A stretch of DNA of 64,000 bases, from the NCBI GenBank assembly GCA_027262695.1, contig GCA_027262695.1_4722.1. One strand, 5' to 3'. Under the pieces are notes generated by a model, which saw nothing but the letters and a program-made list of their open reading frames with translations, was not told the DNA's origin and ran no database searches. Source of the stretch: a phage. Positions 29,854-39,914 of this stretch are shown here, piece after piece. The translations under genes were made by a program, and so were the position numbers. Each line of letters starts with the position of its first letter. The first letter of the stretch is position 1.

Positions 29854-32800
29854 TTACTTGTAGGCACCGCAATGGGCTTTGATGAGGAAAAGCACCGCTT
29901 GCATCGGTTTATTGAACTGTTGCCATAACGTCAATGCCGGATGGAACAGCCAATCTTCCAGGCCAAGAACAATACCGTAGTTAACGACATTATTAACATC
30001 ATTCTCAACGTTGAGTTCACTGTCCAGGAATTTGTCGATGGAACGCAGGGTCTGCATGGCGTTATCAGCGATAAGCCAAGCTTCATGCGCTTCCCGAGCT
30101 GCACGCAGCAGTGCTTCCAGTTCGCTGGTGCTGGCAACCGGCAACTCTTCGCTGATGAGATCATCGGACACCGTGAAGCTACGGTTGATACCGGTATAGA
30201 TCCACTGCATCAGTTTCGCTGCTTCCTCGTTCGGGTTGTTGCGCGTTGTCGCATAGGTCGCGCTCATCTTCACGATATGCGTTTCACCAAGATACGCTTT
30301 GGACCCAACGCCTTTACGATCGCTGTCTTTCCACGGTTGTACGGCAGCAACCATAAGCTTATCCCATTTCTGAATAGGAATACGCTTCAGACCAACAACC
30401 GATCCGGCGGATGTTTCGGACTGGTTGCTCTTCCGCACGTCGCTGAGTTCACGATCGATAGCAACGATTAATTCACGCGTCATGTTACCAAGCATTTTGA
30501 TTTCACCCAACGCAGCGATGAGCTTCTTCACATCGGTAACAGGTTCACCACCGATGGTAAGATGACGGATGAAACGTTTCAGAATAATCCGTTCTGCTGC
30601 TGGGTTGCCGCGACGCGCTTTAGCCAATGCTTGCTGCGTTTCGGCGAACAGCTTATCCCATGGAGCCGTAGCGGCGGTATAGTAACGGTGGTTGGTTTCA
30701 ATCCAGTTACCGATACGGTTGACCGCGCTCTTAACGGTATCCATGAATCCTTCCATCGCAATTTCGGTAGCTTCGACGTTACCCTGGAAGTTATCAGGAC
30801 CGATCTCACGTGCCGCTACCAGAATACCTTCCACCGCGCTCACCGCATGACGACCGATAGCCAGATTTCGCTGCGCTTCTTCAGCACGCTCAACGAATTC
30901 CACTACCGCAGGATCGTCAACGATTTCCGCCTCAGCAACAACACGAGTACCAGCATCGCCTTCCAGTGTCTCGATGGTGACAACCGGATCGTTTTCACCG
31001 GCAACATCCTGATACTCTTCCTGTTTGAGATCACCGTTATCAGCCGCTGCGACAGCGGTGAGTATACGAACGGTGACATCGCCCAGTTCTTTTGCAGCGA
31101 ATCCGTAAACAGTACATGCGGTCGTTGCAAAGTTCATCAGGGTGCGTGTGCGCTGCGTGGTGTAACGTGCGCCTGATTCGTTTTCCACTTTGTCGAGATC
31201 ACGGAGTAACTGCTCAGCCGTCTCCTGAAGTTGAGTAGCTGCTTTCAGGAGGTCTTCGTCGAACAGTTTTGTTGACGCATCGATCAGCATTTCAACGCTA
31301 ACGTTGGACGGTACAGCATCATCCTGTTGTTTCATGGTGCTAAGTTCGTCACGGAACTCACGAATACCGTTTAACGCATCGTCGATGGAATACCCGAACG
31401 CTTTCACACCCGCCATTCCAAGAGCCGCTTTCATTTCACCCGGATGCTGAACTTGCTCGCCTTCCTTGCTGTTCTTTAACTCATCGAAATATTTCTTCGA
31501 CGCGTCCGCAATACGTTTACTGTCTTTGACCGCGTTTACGATCTTATCGACAGATTTAGCATCGTTTGCGAGCAGAGTATCCAGTTTATTCCACTCAACG
31601 TCAACCTTCTTGGCATCGCTTGGTGGTGGAAGCAGTTTCATCACTGGTGTTGTGCGTTGTTCTTTGGTGAGCTTATCGGCCTTCTCATCGATTTTCTTTT
31701 TACTAACACCGAAGAGTTTTCTTAGGCGTGCCACGATTGCTTTTAAGAACTTCGCGACCGCTTCGTAAACCGATTTCAGAATCTGTTTAAAGCGACCTGG
31801 CTGCTTTTCCCCGTCTTCCAGATTGAGATCGCTATTCAGTGCGACATCAAGCTGTTTGTACGATTCCATGATGTATTCGTCTTTGATTTCAGGACGAATC
31901 TCGAAGCTTTCCATCGGACCTTCAGCCGGACGGAATTCCATTTTCAGTTCGCCTTGCAGAGTAGGGTCGACAATGGCGATCGCTTCACCCTGACCATCAG
32001 CGTTAAAGCGTTCAGCGTAACGAGTACGACGAACAATAACACTCTTATCCCCCTCAAGACGACGGACCACCATGGTGCCAGGAATGTACGGTTGTTCTGT
32101 TTCGATGACGGTTACATCTGCCTCACCTTCGCCGAGAATAACCGATGCACGCTGTTCAACAACAGGAACATCTAATACGCCACGTGCTTCCAGCTCTTGA
32201 TGAATTTCGAACGACTCTTGTTTCAGATCTTCATCTTCTTCGTTTTCGTCTTCATCACCGTCACCTTTGGTGTCTTCATTACCCTCGGTGGTTTTGGTGT
32301 CGGTAGCATCAGCGTCGGCGTCTGTGTTGGTAGGTTCTTCGGACGCGGGTTCGGTGGTGCTATCCTCGGTGGACGTTTCGTCGGCGTTATCGACGTCAAC
32401 ATCACCTTGCAGCTCCGTTTCTTGAGCAACGGCGTCGGCTTTCTGCTCACCAGTATTGCCGTCATTAGCGTCGACAACAGGTTGTTCGTCAGCGACGGTA
32501 TCTTCAACCTTTTCTACTTTCTCCACAACACGTTTAATCACGGTGACTTTGATGGGTTCTTCCGTCGTTTTGGTTTCTGGCGTCGCCTCGGCTACCTCAG
32601 CTGCTGTTTCAGCAACAGGTTCTGCTTTTTCCGGTTCGACGACATTGCCTTTAACACCTTCGGTGGTTTCTGCAGGTTGCGTCGCCTGTTCGATTTGTGC
32701 CGGATTGGTTGGATCGATGGCGTTAGCCGCATCCTGAATCTTGTTCTTCAGGTTGTCACGGTCAGCGTTAACGGTCGGATCATTGGTCACTTTCGGTGCC

Positions 32801-33228
32801 GGTGTTTCGGTCGGTGCGTTTGCTGGATATGGGTTCTTCGGCTCTTCACCAGGTGCGGTCGGTACGGCGATCAGCACGAACGGCTGCACGTCGTTACCGT
32901 CTTCCATGGTAACGCCACCGTTGCTCGGTGTGAAACGAATTCGTAAACTACCATCGATAGGACGGGTCACAATAACAGCACGTACGACATCCTCGCCGTT
33001 CTCATCCGTGCTACGAATTACGCGAACGGCATCATCAACAGTAGCCCCTTCCTCGAGCGTATCTGATTCGATCGTCGCTTCGATGCTGTCTGGCCGTGCC
33101 GCTGTAGGTAATGCGATCACCTGCTCTTCTTTATCAGTAGAAAGCGTTGCTTTGACTTCGATCGGTGTATCGCCGCTTTCCAGGTTAAGATGCGACTTAC
33201 GCATCAGATCAGCTAACGATTTTTTCAT
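29854..33228 (-). CDS. large protein of paralogue family C with acidic low-complexity N-terminal half
   Basis: 1124 aa; Asp/Glu/Thr-rich region (EDENEEDEDLKQE); amphipathic helix ILKSVYEAVAKFLKAIVARLRKLF matches the family C signature. Confidence 0.6.
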   Translation of the reverse strand: MKKSLADLMRKSHLNLESGDTPIEVKATLSTDKEEQVIALPTAARPDSIEATIESDTLEEGATVDDAVRVIRSTDENGEDVVRAVIVTRPIDGSLRIRFTPSNGGVTMEDGNDVQPFVLIAVPTAPGEEPKNPYPANAPTETPAPKVTNDPTVNADRDNLKNKIQDAANAIDPTNPAQIEQATQPAETTEGVKGNVVEPEKAEPVAETAAEVAEATPETKTTEEPIKVTVIKRVVEKVEKVEDTVADEQPVVDANDGNTGEQKADAVAQETELQGDVDVDNADETSTEDSTTEPASEEPTNTDADADATDTKTTEGNEDTKGDGDEDENEEDEDLKQESFEIHQELEARGVLDVPVVEQRASVILGEGEADVTVIETEQPYIPGTMVVRRLEGDKSVIVRRTRYAERFNADGQGEAIAIVDPTLQGELKMEFRPAEGPMESFEIRPEIKDEYIMESYKQLDVALNSDLNLEDGEKQPGRFKQILKSVYEAVAKFLKAIVARLRKLFGVSKKKIDEKADKLTKEQRTTPVMKLLPPPSDAKKVDVEWNKLDTLLANDAKSVDKIVNAVKDSKRIADASKKYFDELKNSKEGEQVQHPGEMKAALGMAGVKAFGYSIDDALNGIREFRDELSTMKQQDDAVPSNVSVEMLIDASTKLFDEDLLKAATQLQETAEQLLRDLDKVENESGARYTTQRTRTLMNFATTACTVYGFAAKELGDVTVRILTAVAAADNGDLKQEEYQDVAGENDPVVTIETLEGDAGTRVVAEAEIVDDPAVVEFVERAEEAQRNLAIGRHAVSAVEGILVAAREIGPDNFQGNVEATEIAMEGFMDTVKSAVNRIGNWIETNHRYYTAATAPWDKLFAETQQALAKARRGNPAAERIILKRFIRHLTIGGEPVTDVKKLIAALGEIKMLGNMTRELIVAIDRELSDVRKSNQSETSAGSVVGLKRIPIQKWDKLMVAAVQPWKDSDRKGVGSKAYLGETHIVKMSATYATTRNNPNEEAAKLMQWIYTGINRSFTVSDDLISEELPVASTSELEALLRAAREAHEAWLIADNAMQTLRSIDKFLDSELNVENDVNNVVNYGIVLGLEDWLFHPALTLWQQFNKPMQAVLFLIKAHCGAYK

Positions 33229-33243
33229 AAAGCGTTATTCCTC

Positions 33244-34413
33244 TTAAAAGTAATATTTCAGCGCCTCGCGAGAGACATCAAGCATAGCCGCTGTTGAATT
33301 CGTAAAGAACTCGGCATAGCCCACAAGCGGCACCTTGATCCACGCGGTATACGCTGTAAGGTATCGAGAAAGGGCTACCATAGCATCATCAGAAGCAGTA
33401 GCAACTGACAACTGACCTTGTTGACGATAAACGTCGTTAAGTTTTGCTTGTAGATTCCCTGCGATTTCGAGTAACTCGTTGGCGTACTTTTTACGATGGT
33501 AACTAACCAGCAAATCAACACCCGTATTTACAGACTCGAGTAGCACACCAACTTGTTCTAATGTTGGCATTGTAACCACCATATCCCGTTCAACTGACGG
33601 TATATCCTGGACTTCAAACCGTGCGGATTGAATGGCGAGGGACTGTTGAATTGAACCGGAACCTGAGGCGGTAACCTGATCGAGTCGCAGCATACGGTTG
33701 CCCAGTAACGTTACGTTGGCGAGTTTCGATTCGTTCAGCGTACTGTAGACTTTATGCAATAACGTATACGCATCACGGTTAATCACATCGATTAATGCGG
33801 TATCCGTCTGTTTTAAGATAATGTCGAGCGCTCTATCTAACGTATTAGCGAACTGCTTGAAATCATCACGGAACGACGAAGACAAGAGATATTCAGCGAT
33901 CGCTAAATTCTGCTTGTATAACGTATTCCCGGTGGTGAAATCGAACCCAAAACTGTTCCCATACCGTAGGTGTGGGGCCAGCGTCGACGAAGCTTCGAAG
34001 CTTTGCGCGATAGGTTTACGACCAACGGCTTTTGTGTAATGGCGGCGGATGTTACTGAGTTCGAGTTGTAGTGCGCGACTACGATCGATAAACCGTGCGA
34101 TAAACGCGGTAATGTTCCGCAACGTTGTCCAGATTGCATCGATGATGGCTTTGATGATTTTCATCGCAAGCTGATTGTACGATTCCATCGTGAGGAGATC
34201 AGCACTTTCTGTGGTATAACTGGTTGCCAGCATCCCGCCCGCTTGCTGATAAATAAGCTGGTGAATTTGTCGTTGCGTTGCTGTCTCTGGTACAGGTAAT
34301 GTCTTTAACAAGCTTAACGCTTGAATCTGTCCGTCATAGGTCTGCAGCATTGCTGGTTTCCTCAAGTTCGAGATGCGCGTCAAGATAATCATTAAGACCA
34401 TCGATGACGTCAC
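33244..34413 (-). CDS. paralogue family C protein
   Basis: up to 389 aa, true start possibly the internal Met near 34350; AIWTTLRNITAFIARFIDR helix motif. Confidence 0.55.
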   Translation of the reverse strand: MTSSMVLMIILTRISNLRKPAMLQTYDGQIQALSLLKTLPVPETATQRQIHQLIYQQAGGMLATSYTTESADLLTMESYNQLAMKIIKAIIDAIWTTLRNITAFIARFIDRSRALQLELSNIRRHYTKAVGRKPIAQSFEASSTLAPHLRYGNSFGFDFTTGNTLYKQNLAIAEYLLSSSFRDDFKQFANTLDRALDIILKQTDTALIDVINRDAYTLLHKVYSTLNESKLANVTLLGNRMLRLDQVTASGSGSIQQSLAIQSARFEVQDIPSVERDMVVTMPTLEQVGVLLESVNTGVDLLVSYHRKKYANELLEIAGNLQAKLNDVYRQQGQLSVATASDDAMVALSRYLTAYTAWIKVPLVGYAEFFTNSTAAMLDVSREALKYYF

Positions 34414-35635
34414 AGACAGTTAACAGGAATCGGGCAAAAGCAACCGCCTGGAAGCCGACGACGTTACGCGCGATACCCACACGTTGAACGATAGCGGATG
34501 CTGCGGTATCGTTGTTGTCCATCTGTTGTAGCAAACGTTCATACGGTTGAATCCATTCGTCCTGGTCGGCAAGGCTTGCTTCAAGACAACGTTTAAATTC
34601 CAACTGTCGTAGCGTAGACCATAACGTACTTAATGCGCTGATGATCGCGTTGGTTCCGTCGATAACATCGTTTAACGGCAAGAAACGGAATCCGTCTTTT
34701 GCTGATTGGAAAGGTACAGCTTCCCATACAACACTGAACTGCGTTCCTGATGCGTCTTCGATGTTGTGTAATTTAAGATAGGAAGCACCAACAGGTACGT
34801 CAACGACCAGATCGTCTGTTCCGGTAGGCGTTAACGGCTTCTCGCATAACGCCTCGTTGATGACCTCGAGAATATTCTCCCAACAGGCCTCGTTTTCCGC
34901 AGCGATACCTTCTTTGTTATCCGCTGATGGTGCTTTTAGTAGCTGCATTAATAACGGATCAAGTTGACGATGCCATGCTGCGAGGATTCCTGTGTTCGTT
35001 ACGATGTTTTCTGCGGTTTGTCGTAAATCAGCAATACTGCTTACCGCACCGCCTTTCGGATGAAGATATCGCCAGTTGTAGGGAAAGTTCTCCCAGAATG
35101 CGTTATCTTCATCGACGTCGTATTCGGAAATATTTTTCAACGCAGCCGCTTTCTTTAATAGCGGCTTCACCTGACGAACGAATCGACGATAACAACGATT
35201 ACAGATATCGATCGCATAGCGATACAATTCGTTCATGTAAAGCCATAACGCCCGGGTTGCTTCTTTCGCGGTTTTGTCAAAACTTTCCATGTTTAGGCTC
35301 ATTCCGTTGGAAGTTTCCTCTTCCATCCCATCGATGATCTGATTGGGATCCATTCCCATCCCAGCCGCTGCGGTTGAAGCGATATGTTTAATCGTGCTGA
35401 TATCACGTTCTTCAACTTCGGTCATGTTAGGGACAATATCTAACCGGAGTTTATTTAATGTTTGAAGGTGCTGTTCACCTTCCTTCATGACGGCGTTCGT
35501 TTCATCGAGTGAGTGAAGCTGATTTTCGATATTACCGACATCGAGAATGTTTCCAGCGATACCGAATGATTCTACAGGTTCATCATCTATCCCTTGAAAC
35601 AACGCGGTCATGGGTTGTTGCAACACGTTTTCCAT
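34334..35635 (-). CDS. paralogue family C protein
   Basis: 433 aa; IKHIASTAAAGMGM and ALWLYMNELYRYAID motifs shared with 35791-37083. Confidence 0.6.
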   Translation of the reverse strand: MENVLQQPMTALFQGIDDEPVESFGIAGNILDVGNIENQLHSLDETNAVMKEGEQHLQTLNKLRLDIVPNMTEVEERDISTIKHIASTAAAGMGMDPNQIIDGMEEETSNGMSLNMESFDKTAKEATRALWLYMNELYRYAIDICNRCYRRFVRQVKPLLKKAAALKNISEYDVDEDNAFWENFPYNWRYLHPKGGAVSSIADLRQTAENIVTNTGILAAWHRQLDPLLMQLLKAPSADNKEGIAAENEACWENILEVINEALCEKPLTPTGTDDLVVDVPVGASYLKLHNIEDASGTQFSVVWEAVPFQSAKDGFRFLPLNDVIDGTNAIISALSTLWSTLRQLEFKRCLEASLADQDEWIQPYERLLQQMDNNDTAASAIVQRVGIARNVVGFQAVAFARFLLTVCDVIDGLNDYLDAHLELEETSNAADL

Positions 35636-35660
35636 TTAGGACTCCTACGTAGGAAAGATC

Positions 35661-35684
35661 ATGGTGGGTGATCATGTCCACCAT
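35661..35684 (-). other. hairpin in the 5' leader of the 34334-35635 gene
   Basis: atggtgg-gtgatcatgt-ccaccat inverted repeat 26-50 nt upstream of the start; a second hairpin (tatgaagc...gcttcata) follows at 35692-35712. Confidence 0.35.
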
Positions 35685-35750
35685 TGTGCGTGGTATGAAG
35701 CGTGGCTTCATACCCAAGTCAAAAGATAACCGGTCATCAACACCATAAAA

Positions 35751-35782
35751 CCCTCCTCCAACCCATTAGGGAAGGAGGAGGG
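35751..35782. terminator. conserved GC-rich hairpin (family copy 6)
   Basis: ccctcctcc-aaccc-atta-ggg-aa-ggaggaggg between the co-directional family C genes. Confidence 0.6.
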
Positions 35783-35790
35783 TGCTTATC

Positions 35791-37083
35791 TTATTTTGCT
35801 TTCTCGGTTACCGCGTCGAAGTATTTTGCGGCAGCGAAGACAGCTTCGGCGTACTGGCGCACCGACAGACGAAGTATTTTCGTGGAGATGGTCATGCCTT
35901 GACGTGCCATTTCTGAAACCGCTGCGATGTACGGACGTATGGTCTCTCGATCCACTTCCGGCATTCTATCGAGTATATCACCCCATTTTGATTTAATTTT
36001 CATGCCAACTAATTTCGCGGTGCGTTCTAGCGTATTTGCCAGCATTTCAACTTCGCTATGATAAGTCGGCGGTACCTTATAAAACACCCCGAGGTATCCT
36101 GTCAAGCCGGTTTCCAGATCCTTCTCATTTTTGAAAATGTTCGGATCGGTAATATCACCTGAACTGACGTCGGCTAGTTCGATAGTAATCTGTTTCACCA
36201 ATTCACAAGCCTTTATTGGGTCGCTTTCTTTTACGACCGCATCAATGCCTTTAACGACGATATGTTTCCCGGCACTTTCAGGCGCATCAAAACGTTTCAG
36301 CGAGACCCTGATGGCTTCGAGGTATTTTACCAGAATAGCATCAAGGGAAGAGATATTTGTCAGTTTTTCCAGTTCACCGTTCAGGATGGCGATATCGCTC
36401 AGGAAATCACTGGAGGAGACCGCCATCTGCGCAAGCTGGCCAATATGCACACCCATGATGTACGCGTTTGCTGATTTCGCGTTCGGGAACATCGTGAGCA
36501 TGTTGTCGGTAGGCTTCTCGATTTGCTTCAGTTTACGTTTGCCGTCCTTCACGTCATCTGCAATATCGTGGATTTTATTGTAAGCATACATCAGATTCTT
36601 GAACAACATCTTGAAGAATTTGAAAAGCGCCTCGGCGATATTAGCGATAATAATCCATACCGCATAGAGCGCTTGCGCCGCACGTTCCTTAAACCCTTCC
36701 AGCACGATGGCTTGCCCTTCGACTAACTTGTCGTTAGCCTGGAACATGTCTTCATCAGACATACCCAGATTAGCTGCCGATGTTGATGCGATTTGGCGGA
36801 TAAGCGCAACGTCGCTGGCGCGGGCTTCTGTGATCGTTGGTGCAATTACATAGGCGGTGTCTTCCAATGTTGCTGCAGTGCGCAAAGCGATTTCAGCCAG
36901 TTCGCTGTTCTCATCGATGCTGTCGTCGGTGTGACGAATCACCAGCTCAACTTCATCTTCCTCAATTTCTGCGTTAGGATCTTGTTGCTCGGGTGAAATC
37001 GATGCAAGAACATCTTCAGCGCTGAGTAAGGCGAGTTCGAAAGCGTTTTTATTGATGTTATCAAAAAGAGAAATCCGGGCCAT
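35791..37083 (-). CDS. paralogue family C protein
   Basis: 430 aa; acidic N-terminus; LIRQIASTSAANLGMSDEDMF and AVWIIIANIAEALFKFF. Confidence 0.6.
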   Translation of the reverse strand: MARISLFDNINKNAFELALLSAEDVLASISPEQQDPNAEIEEDEVELVIRHTDDSIDENSELAEIALRTAATLEDTAYVIAPTITEARASDVALIRQIASTSAANLGMSDEDMFQANDKLVEGQAIVLEGFKERAAQALYAVWIIIANIAEALFKFFKMLFKNLMYAYNKIHDIADDVKDGKRKLKQIEKPTDNMLTMFPNAKSANAYIMGVHIGQLAQMAVSSSDFLSDIAILNGELEKLTNISSLDAILVKYLEAIRVSLKRFDAPESAGKHIVVKGIDAVVKESDPIKACELVKQITIELADVSSGDITDPNIFKNEKDLETGLTGYLGVFYKVPPTYHSEVEMLANTLERTAKLVGMKIKSKWGDILDRMPEVDRETIRPYIAAVSEMARQGMTISTKILRLSVRQYAEAVFAAAKYFDAVTEKAK

Positions 37084-37092
37084 ATGGGTTCC

Positions 37093-38436
37093 TTAACCTT
37101 TAGTGTAGGCTTTAACGAGGGTGTTAATAAAAGAAGTTAGTGCACGAAGGTACTGATAAGCGAATTGGTTTTCAATACGTTGCTCTTTACTGCAAAGCAT
37201 GATCGCCCGTTTCACCAGTTTAGGATATATTTCAACGTACGGTTTATAACTGTCGTCGTATTGCTGCGTATCGAAATTTTTCATGGCTTCATACTGCAGC
37301 TTTTCCATCTGACGAACACGAGCACGATCGAAGATCTTGGAGAACGCACGTCCGCGTTGGGTGATTGCAATCAGATCTTTCGCTAATGAAAGCGGTTTAA
37401 CGCTACGGAAATCATCCGGTGTGGGTAACGTGTAGTTTTCTGGATCGCTATTCCATTCGGTCACCGCATCTTCAACCACAACATCCAATTTCAGATAATT
37501 TTCAATCGCAGCAAGAACGTTGTCTTTTGCTGCATTGAATTCTTTTAAGAACACAGCAGCATTAACATAACGAATACGTTTACCAGAAACCGCCGGTGTA
37601 ACTACGTCACTCCCGTCGACGGAACCTCTGTTCTCCAACGCGGTTTTCAATGTATCCAGAAACGACATGTAGTCCACAGGAAGTTGGTCAACACGATCTA
37701 AACGAAAATCGAATGTCTTCACACCAAGACCGGTGGTAAGGTCGTAACGTGCACCGCCCGCCATGATTCGGTTGTAGTTCTCAAGGTTCTTCTTAATTTC
37801 GTCAACACCACCGACATGATTGCGATTGGAGAAGAGGATACGCCAACCGGCTTTAAACGGCACGGTAACCGTTTCTTCTTTACCTTTCGGAAGGTTTTCT
37901 AGCGCTTTGATCGCATTCTGGAAATTGCGGGTTTCATCATAGATGATCCGTGTTAATCCTTCCAGGACAGCAGCCAGTTGCAGAACAATATCAACAATGA
38001 TATCCCAGATCTTTTTCAACGCTCGAACTACGGTGTCTTTGAACCCTTCAACAACCAACGCTTCGCCAACGGCGATGTTGTCGGTAGGACGAAGCATCGC
38101 ATCGGAAGGTAAACCTAAAGCAATTGAAGCGGATTCTTGAACGTTACGTACCAGTGCAACGTCACTGTAATTAGCCGTCTCAATCGTTGGTGCAACATCA
38201 AAACTGATTTCTCGTAATGCTTCAACAGCGGGGAAAGCACGATCGAGTGCCTCCTCATGTTCATCGATGTTCGCTAAACGGAGTTCAACGCCATCGGCGT
38301 CAATGACTTCGGTGGTAGGTTCTACGGCAAGCGCCTCGGCAACGATGGGATCCTTCTCAAAAGCTTCAAGGCTGATATCACCTTGTGTAGCAAATAGTGG
38401 TATACGTACCATGTGATGTCTCCAGTAATAATTCAA
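37093..38436 (-). CDS. paralogue family C protein
   Basis: 447 aa; LVRNVQESASIALGLPSDAML and EGFKDTVVRALKKIWDIIVDI. Confidence 0.6.
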   Translation of the reverse strand: MNYYWRHHMVRIPLFATQGDISLEAFEKDPIVAEALAVEPTTEVIDADGVELRLANIDEHEEALDRAFPAVEALREISFDVAPTIETANYSDVALVRNVQESASIALGLPSDAMLRPTDNIAVGEALVVEGFKDTVVRALKKIWDIIVDIVLQLAAVLEGLTRIIYDETRNFQNAIKALENLPKGKEETVTVPFKAGWRILFSNRNHVGGVDEIKKNLENYNRIMAGGARYDLTTGLGVKTFDFRLDRVDQLPVDYMSFLDTLKTALENRGSVDGSDVVTPAVSGKRIRYVNAAVFLKEFNAAKDNVLAAIENYLKLDVVVEDAVTEWNSDPENYTLPTPDDFRSVKPLSLAKDLIAITQRGRAFSKIFDRARVRQMEKLQYEAMKNFDTQQYDDSYKPYVEIYPKLVKRAIMLCSKEQRIENQFAYQYLRALTSFINTLVKAYTKG

Positions 38437-38460
38437 AAGATAAATCAGAGCAGCATAGAA

Positions 38461-38494
38461 CCCTCTCCCTTCCCTGACGGGTTGGGAGAGGGAA
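38461..38494. terminator. conserved GC-rich hairpin (family copy 7, inverted orientation)
   Basis: ccctctccc-tt-ccc-tgac-ggg-tt-gggagaggg, the reverse-complement orientation of the other copies. Confidence 0.55.
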
Positions 38495-38514
38495 TATGTC
38501 AGTTTGCTAACTGA

Positions 38515-39846
38515 TTATTTCTGTGCTGCGTCAGCCGGTTTTTCAGCCGCCTGGCCGCCGTACTCTTTCAGCATTTTAGCAACGCCGTCCAGTACTGCGT
38601 TACCCGCCTGAACACCGTACTTCATCAGGCTAACCTGCGGGTTGATGTAGCAAGAACGTGCGTCTTTCAGTGCAGACAGCACAGTTTTAACACGCTGTTT
38701 CTCTTGAGCAGAAACTTCGCCTTTCTTAGCCAGTTCAGCTTCCATATCGTCGCCGAATTTAACAGCGTCTTTGAAGCCCTGGGATTTCTTACCGATGTTA
38801 CCTTTCGCAGCCAGCAGTTTATCGGCCAGCGCTTCAACGCTGTTGATCACCGCAGCCATCTGGTTCGGGGACAGTACATCGGCTTCCTGTTCCATCACGG
38901 TGATTGCGTTATTGCCGCGTTCCCAGGTCACTTTACCGTCGGTGGTTTTGAATCCCCAACCGTTCGGACCTTTCACATCAGCGATCGCAGGCGCGTTCAG
39001 TTTGTCGGTGTACTCAGTATGTGATTTAGACTTAACGAGTTCAACGAATTTATCCGCACGATCGTCAGCCGCCTTCATTGCTTTCTCGAAGGTATCTGCG
39101 ATTTTGCTTGATGCACCAGCGATATCGATATCGCCAATATAACCGGTAACAGTGGTGCCCAGTTTAACTTTCGCGTTCTTCGGAGAGCCTTTACGTTTGG
39201 CGATCATTTCTTTCAGTTTAGCCGCACGTGCTTTCAGCTTGGTTGCACCGTCGAAGATACGATCGATGAACTTCACGAAGTTGTCCCAGGTGGATTTCAG
39301 GAAGTTCTTAATTGCAGTCCACAGTTTCTGCCACCATTTCTGTTCTTCCAGGAAGATCATGTTGGTTGCATCATAACGGGAAGCGGAACCGCCGAAGCTT
39401 TCGAAGGAAGGCATGGTTTCCGGCAGTTTGAAGCCGATAGTACCACACAGACGTTTCAGATTACGCATGTGTTCTTGCGCGGTCTGTGCAGACATACCAC
39501 CGTCTTTCAGATAGCTTTCGGTCGCAACAACGGTTTCCGTCATTTCGTCCATGGCTTCGTCCATGGCTTCAGCGGTTTCGTCGTCTTTTGCGATTTCGAT
39601 AACAACAGCATCAACCTGCTCGATGTCACCACGGACTTCGATAGCCAGTTCGGTTTCAGCAGCGGTGTCTTCAGCGATTTCAGCACGTTCGGTCAGTTCA
39701 GCCACAACGGTTTCATCGCCTGCAGCAGCATCGGCTGCCGGTTCTGCTTCAACGGTTGCCGCAGCTTCCGGATCGATCTCAGCAGCCAGTTGAACCAGCT
39801 GTGCGTTAGATGGATTTGCGACAAGACGATCAAAAATAGAAGGCAT
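38515..39846 (-). CDS. highly expressed paralogue family C protein (abundant virion, scaffold or internal head protein candidate)
   Basis: 443 aa; strongly optimised codon usage like the putative capsid gene; acidic Ala/Glu-rich N-terminus; KLWTAIKNFLKSTWDNFVKFIDRIF family helix; tgtaaagga-N8-ATG initiation region identical in layout to the capsid gene. Confidence 0.5.
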   Translation of the reverse strand: MPSIFDRLVANPSNAQLVQLAAEIDPEAAATVEAEPAADAAAGDETVVAELTERAEIAEDTAAETELAIEVRGDIEQVDAVVIEIAKDDETAEAMDEAMDEMTETVVATESYLKDGGMSAQTAQEHMRNLKRLCGTIGFKLPETMPSFESFGGSASRYDATNMIFLEEQKWWQKLWTAIKNFLKSTWDNFVKFIDRIFDGATKLKARAAKLKEMIAKRKGSPKNAKVKLGTTVTGYIGDIDIAGASSKIADTFEKAMKAADDRADKFVELVKSKSHTEYTDKLNAPAIADVKGPNGWGFKTTDGKVTWERGNNAITVMEQEADVLSPNQMAAVINSVEALADKLLAAKGNIGKKSQGFKDAVKFGDDMEAELAKKGEVSAQEKQRVKTVLSALKDARSCYINPQVSLMKYGVQAGNAVLDGVAKMLKEYGGQAAEKPADAAQK

Positions 39847-39887
39847 AATTTGTTTCCTTTACAATAAATTGCACATTAGCTAATGCG

Positions 39888-39914
39888 GCTTAAGCAAGCT
39901 GTAATCTTGCTTAA
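39888..39914 (-). terminator. hairpin overlapping the stop of the 39911-40441 gene
   Basis: gcttaagcaag-ctgtaat-cttgcttaa inverted repeat. Confidence 0.35.
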
